DNA from: a virus
Direction: 5' to 3' (one strand)
Length of the DNA stretch: 64,000 nucleotides
Virus record (IMG/VR): IMGVR_UViG_3300017917_000894
Location: 1 to 64,000 of that record
Shown here: piece after piece, positions 60,609-64,000 of the stretch
How the letters are laid out: each line of letters opens with the position of its first letter
Position numbering within the stretch: the first letter of the stretch is position 1
Made by a program: the position numbers and the translations under genes
The notes under the pieces: model-generated
Database searches by the model: none
What the model saw: the letters and a program-made list of their open reading frames with translations, nothing else
Told to the model about the DNA's origin: nothing

Positions 60609-61011
60609 AGAAATATCTGTATTACCAGAAGATTGTGTAGGATTCGTTTATATTATTACAAACAAAACAAATAACAGAAAATACATTGGCAAAAAACTAG
60701 CAAAATTCTCAAAAACAACATATAAAACTGTAAAATTAAAAAACGGCACTAAAAAGAAAAAGAAAATTCGCAGCAAAATAGATTCAGACTGGCAAGAATA
60801 TTATGGCTCTAATGATCAATTAAACAAAGATGTAGCACAACTAGGCAAAGAAAACTTTATTAGAGAAATACTTTATTTTTGTAAATCAAAGGCAGAATGC
60901 AGTTATATCGAAGCAAGAGAACAATTTAGCAGACGAGTATTAGAATCTAACGAATATTATAACGGACACATACAAGTCCGTGTCCATGGCTCTCATATAT
61001 TAAAATCTTAA
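60586..61011 (+). CDS. minimal GIY-YIG family protein
   Basis: GFVYIITN...RKYIGKK, YYGS, IE, YYN; no C-terminal DNA-binding domain; Lys-rich insert. Confidence 0.85.
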   Translation: MTWLYQNEEISVLPEDCVGFVYIITNKTNNRKYIGKKLAKFSKTTYKTVKLKNGTKKKKKIRSKIDSDWQEYYGSNDQLNKDVAQLGKENFIREILYFCKSKAECSYIEAREQFSRRVLESNEYYNGHIQVRVHGSHILKS

Positions 61012-61463
61012 GGCACTTTTAGCGGTAATAAGCTCAGCGTAGGCCAATATCTTACGCCCTAAACCTGGACCTCGGGTCACAGGGATGGAAATCTCTCGCC
61101 GCCAAGAGTACTCAACCACTGCCCGAAAGGATGAAGATCGCTAACTAAGACCTGCGATTTGGTTGTTTGAAAAGGAAAAAATAGGCAAAAAGATGTAGGG
61201 TCTAACAAACGCCTACAGCATTTTATAACAAGATAGCGTTTATTATAAAATGTGCCGTTGAATAAAGACAGGATGAGCAGGTACCGGTCAACCGCCTGCG
61301 CTACAATAGTCCTAACGCTATGTGACTGTGCAACTCAGATGATGCCCAGCGTTCTTTGCCCTGTGCGGGCAAAGTGTGACCACTTAATCTAGATGATATT
61401 AAATCGCTTCGCTTTAAAAATGCTTCGAGCGTTAGCGAAGAAGCAAACGAACGCAGTTCGTTT
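61012..61463 (+). ncRNA. large structured non-coding element (candidate ncRNA, family not recognised)
   Basis: ORF-free and GC-richer than its flanks, with about 10 stems, a GAAA tetraloop and an 8-bp loop pseudoknot (ATAGCGTT 61233-40 / AACGCTAT 61314-21). Confidence 0.65.
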
Positions 61464-61470
61464 ATAAATA
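61463..61470 (+). promoter_or_regulatory. T4-type late promoter
   Basis: TATAAATA upstream of ORF 61528. Confidence 0.6.
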
Positions 61471-61527
61471 ATTAAATCAAATTTTGACTAATTAATTCAA
61501 ATAGTCTTATTGAGATAGGAATAAAAA

Positions 61528-62097
61528 ATGAAAATCAGCGAACTTATTGTCGAAGATCAAGTAGATGAACGAGTAGGGCAAGCTATCGGTAAGGCTTGGG
61601 GTGGAGCTATGCGAGGTGTCGGTGCAACTGCCGGTGGACTTGCAGGGTCGTGGGATGCAATGAAACAGGGTTATCGTGCAGGTAAAGCCGCAGTTTCTGG
61701 AAGAGCAAATTCCGATGATCAAGATCCGACATTGACTAGAAATCAATCAGGAACAACTTCTCCAGCTCAACAAGGATCAGCTACACAACAACCTGCAGGT
61801 TCGCAGTCTCAGACTTCTGCTCCTACCGGGCAGGCTGCAAGTACACCTAATCAATCTAATACTGGCACACCAGCTGGGGCTACTACAACTCCAGCAGCAA
61901 TGAAAGCCGCTGAAATTGTAAAAGATTTAGATGACGTTTGGGATAAAGCTACTGCTGATCAAGGAAGTCAAACAACTTCAGTTCAAGTTCAACAAAAAAT
62001 TAGAGCAATGGCAAAAGCCGCTGGCATGGCAGGTCAAGTTGTTGAACGTAAAAAGATTGCAGAATTTCACAGCCGTTTTTTAGGAATGACTATTTAA
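61528..62097 (+). CDS. low-complexity probable virion-internal protein
   Basis: MKISELIVE N-terminus, Gly/Ala-rich helix, Q/T/P/S-rich linker; late promoter. Confidence 0.65.
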   Translation: MKISELIVEDQVDERVGQAIGKAWGGAMRGVGATAGGLAGSWDAMKQGYRAGKAAVSGRANSDDQDPTLTRNQSGTTSPAQQGSATQQPAGSQSQTSAPTGQAASTPNQSNTGTPAGATTTPAAMKAAEIVKDLDDVWDKATADQGSQTTSVQVQQKIRAMAKAAGMAGQVVERKKIAEFHSRFLGMTI

Positions 62098-62330
62098 AAG
62101 AACGGCAGTCCAGAATTTTTAGTAGTTTCTAAATTTTCTTCAATTAATTTTGAAATTATAAGTCGTTCGTCTGTGGTTAAAAGATGTGCTTCAGAATAAC
62201 TTAGACTTCCTCTCATATACCAACAGAGTTTAACTAATTCTTCTTTAATGGCTTTTACATCTTTTTCGTAATCTTGAACTAATTTTTCAATTTCCGAAAT
62301 GTTTAGTTGTAAAAGCCTTAAGCGAAAAAA
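62094..62330 (-). CDS. -1 frameshift extension of the gp26-like gene (gp51-like / tail chaperone GT-like; RLRLLQL...LCWYMRG...LETTKNSGLPFF)
   Basis: 76 open codons in the -1 frame after T_TTT_TTC; the only ATG (62216) is mid-domain and lacks an SD. Confidence 0.75.
   Translation of the reverse strand, partial: FFRLRLLQLNISEIEKLVQDYEKDVKAIKEELVKLCWYMRGSLSYSEAHLLTTDERLIISKLIEENLETTKNSGLPFF
62250..62330 (-). other. -1 programmed ribosomal frameshift signal
   Basis: Heptamer U UUU UUC 62330-62324; 6 nt downstream, a perfect 10-bp stem GGCTTTTACA (62317-62308) / TGTAAAAGCC (62259-62250). Confidence 0.75.
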
Positions 62331-63187
62331 CTTGCGGCGTCAAAAGTTAACGGTACTTCAATAGTGTCACCGCTAAATCCTTTTTCTCGTAATTCGTCTG
62401 TAATTGGAACAACAATTGGTTTAACAGAGTTTACTTCTTTAAGTTGTTCAAGATGTGTTTGAACAACATTAAAAATACTTTTATCTGCATTATCAATAAA
62501 CTCTTTTATAAATTCTGGATTGTCTGTCGATCCTTGGCTAGAGTCGACTCTGTATATGCTAGCTCCAACCATTCCTATGGTAACTCGTGTTAATTTTGCA
62601 AAACTTTCTTTAAACACTTTTATTTTTTCTTCGTCACTGAGTGTATCTTCATTAGCTACCTGCATAATTTTTTGAGTTTCAAAACTCTGTATAGACATTT
62701 CAGTTACCTGTCGATAGTTAACTGGTCGAACAAATACTGTAAGATCATCGTTAATTGGCACATGAGGTACCCAAGTAATTCTATTCATTAGATCATCTAA
62801 TACGTAACGTAGGTCAACTACATACTCTAATTCAGTGTCGCCTATTTTTAACGGAGTAGTTAAACGTTCACCGTAGGTTGCAATACGTATAGCAATTAAA
62901 ATTACGTCCATGTCAATACTAGGTACAGACCATGCATCTCGAATATTTGGAATACAATTTTGAATAACATCGACTACAGCTTGACCATTCATTAATGCAT
63001 CGGGAATTTTTAACATTAACTCATCTTGTGCAGTCATTGAATAGACAGGATATTCACCATTTTCAGAAACATTTAGAGATCCTTCTGGCCAATACTTGCC
63101 TTCACTGGGCAATCGAATATAAATTTTTGGTTGCCTCATGAATGCAGTTAATGGGTTTTGTGGTCTAACTTGCCCAGGTGATGTCAT
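62318..63187 (-). CDS. baseplate hub assembly protein / tail assembly chaperone (gp26-like)
   Basis: RQPKIYIRLPSEG...MTAQDE...PDALMNG...DMDVILIAIRIATYG; ends in the FF motif. Confidence 0.8.
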   Translation of the reverse strand: MTSPGQVRPQNPLTAFMRQPKIYIRLPSEGKYWPEGSLNVSENGEYPVYSMTAQDELMLKIPDALMNGQAVVDVIQNCIPNIRDAWSVPSIDMDVILIAIRIATYGERLTTPLKIGDTELEYVVDLRYVLDDLMNRITWVPHVPINDDLTVFVRPVNYRQVTEMSIQSFETQKIMQVANEDTLSDEEKIKVFKESFAKLTRVTIGMVGASIYRVDSSQGSTDNPEFIKEFIDNADKSIFNVVQTHLEQLKEVNSVKPIVVPITDELREKGFSGDTIEVPLTFDAASFFA

Positions 63188-63199
63188 AATTTTGTCTCC

Positions 63200-63235
63200 G
63201 ATAAATAAACTGTAATATAGGTAGTCTTATTTATA
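63200..63235. promoter_or_regulatory. face-to-face late promoters
   Basis: GATAAATA (+, 63200-63207) toward the tape-measure-like gene; TATAAATA (-, 63235-63228) toward the gp26-like gene. Confidence 0.55.
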
Positions 63236-63258
63236 TACGCAGATAATACGAAAATACA

Positions 63259-64000
63259 ATGGCTGAAGTCACCGGAAGAATAGGCAACGAAGAAGTTGAG
63301 TTAAACAATGCTGCCACAGAAGCTACCCTTAAAATGCTTCTTCAGGCTACACTCGCTGCGGCTAAAGGCTCTAAAGAAGATCTAAAGAAAATTGCAGAAC
63401 TAGCAACTAAAGCTGGTCTTGATGGAGAAAGTATAGAACAGGCTAACAGAGCTGTTCAGGCTACTACTCCGCAAATGAATGCACTAGGTCGTGCATCATT
63501 TATTGTAGGTGCTACATTTGGACAAGTTGAACAAACCCTACAAACTGTATGGAAAACTGGAGAACTCCTAGCGTCTGGTAATGCACAGGCCAGTCAAATA
63601 TTAAACAACATGGCAACAATGTTGCCTGGTCCACTAGCAGCAGTTACTAGAGGTTTATCGGCCCTAGCAGCATTCCAGGAAGGAATGCTGACTCAATATC
63701 AAACACTGACAAAAGCTGGTGTTAATTTTGGGGGTAGCCTAACTGATTTAAGATTGGCAGCTAGTCAAACTTATATGACTATGCAAGAGTTTACTGCTCT
63801 TGCATCTGCAAATGCAGGAACATTTGCAAAAATGGGAGGCAGCGTTGATCAAGGTGCTAGATCATTTGTAACTTTGAGTAACACTCTTAATAAAAGCGAA
63901 ATGGGCACAGGGCTGCGAGCATTAGGCATGACAACTCAAGAAGTTAATCAAGGTCTTGTTGATTACATTGCTTTAACAGGTGGTAGAACTAGAAAAGAAT
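63259..64000 (+). CDS. tape-measure-like protein, N-terminal part (runs off the window)
   Basis: Open from ATG63259: MAEVTGRIGNEEVELNNAATEATLK..., Ala/Gly-rich helical, GVNFGGSL; adjacent to the gp26-like gene. Confidence 0.7.
   Translation, partial: MAEVTGRIGNEEVELNNAATEATLKMLLQATLAAAKGSKEDLKKIAELATKAGLDGESIEQANRAVQATTPQMNALGRASFIVGATFGQVEQTLQTVWKTGELLASGNAQASQILNNMATMLPGPLAAVTRGLSALAAFQEGMLTQYQTLTKAGVNFGGSLTDLRLAASQTYMTMQEFTALASANAGTFAKMGGSVDQGARSFVTLSNTLNKSEMGTGLRALGMTTQEVNQGLVDYIALTGGRTRKE

Noticed and set aside
61321-61397. CRISPR or TIGR array
   Set aside because: Only two short units, and no Cas or Nop-domain gene in the window.
61081-61400. RNase P RNA, tmRNA or hammerhead ribozyme
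   Set aside because: Lacks GAGGAAAGUCC and ACAGAA..CGGC, tRNA-like ends, and the CUGANGA core.
61012-61463. Group I intron interpretation (ATAGTCC at about 61306-12 resembles the S element; a GIY-YIG gene is adjacent)
   Set aside because: No matching R element (GACUA) for P7 and no interrupted gene whose exons could be joined. A degenerate relative cannot be excluded without a covariance-model search.
1-64000. Stop-codon reassignment or tRNA genes
   Set aside because: Genes are full length and tightly packed under the standard code; no cloverleaf with a T-loop was seen in the few intergenic gaps.

Overview
A 64-kb segment of a large, AT-rich T4-superfamily-like (jumbo-type) myophage genome, standard genetic code. 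From about 1 to 24.3 kb the + strand carries replication and nucleotide-metabolism genes: family B DNA polymerase, putative sliding clamp, RNase H, GMP reductase, DHFR, thymidylate synthase and a MoxR-type AAA+/vWA pair. It also carries a probable 7-deazaguanine hypermodification cluster (TGT/DpdA-fold enzyme, QueD-like, QueE, glycosyltransferase, extra radical SAM, HIT, cupin, carbamoyltransferase). From about 24.3 to 56.5 kb the - strand is a baseplate/tail module with a 4704-aa protein, an S8 protease, gp6, gp25, a gp5-like spike with a GH19 domain and a gp53-like protein. The right end holds a gp55-like late sigma factor, gp47/gp46, a minimal GIY-YIG protein, a gp26-like gene and the start of a tape-measure-like gene. 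The most notable unannotated signals are: (1) a ~450-nt, densely base-paired, pseudoknotted non-coding element directly behind the GIY-YIG gene; (2) two -1 programmed ribosomal frameshift cassettes at 270 (+) and 62330 (-), each with a slippery heptamer and a downstream stem, both missed by the ORF track; (3) a tandem-duplicated hairpin operator in front of the DNA polymerase; (4) the deazaguanine-plus-glycosyltransferase cluster. All product calls come from motif recognition by eye; no searches were run.
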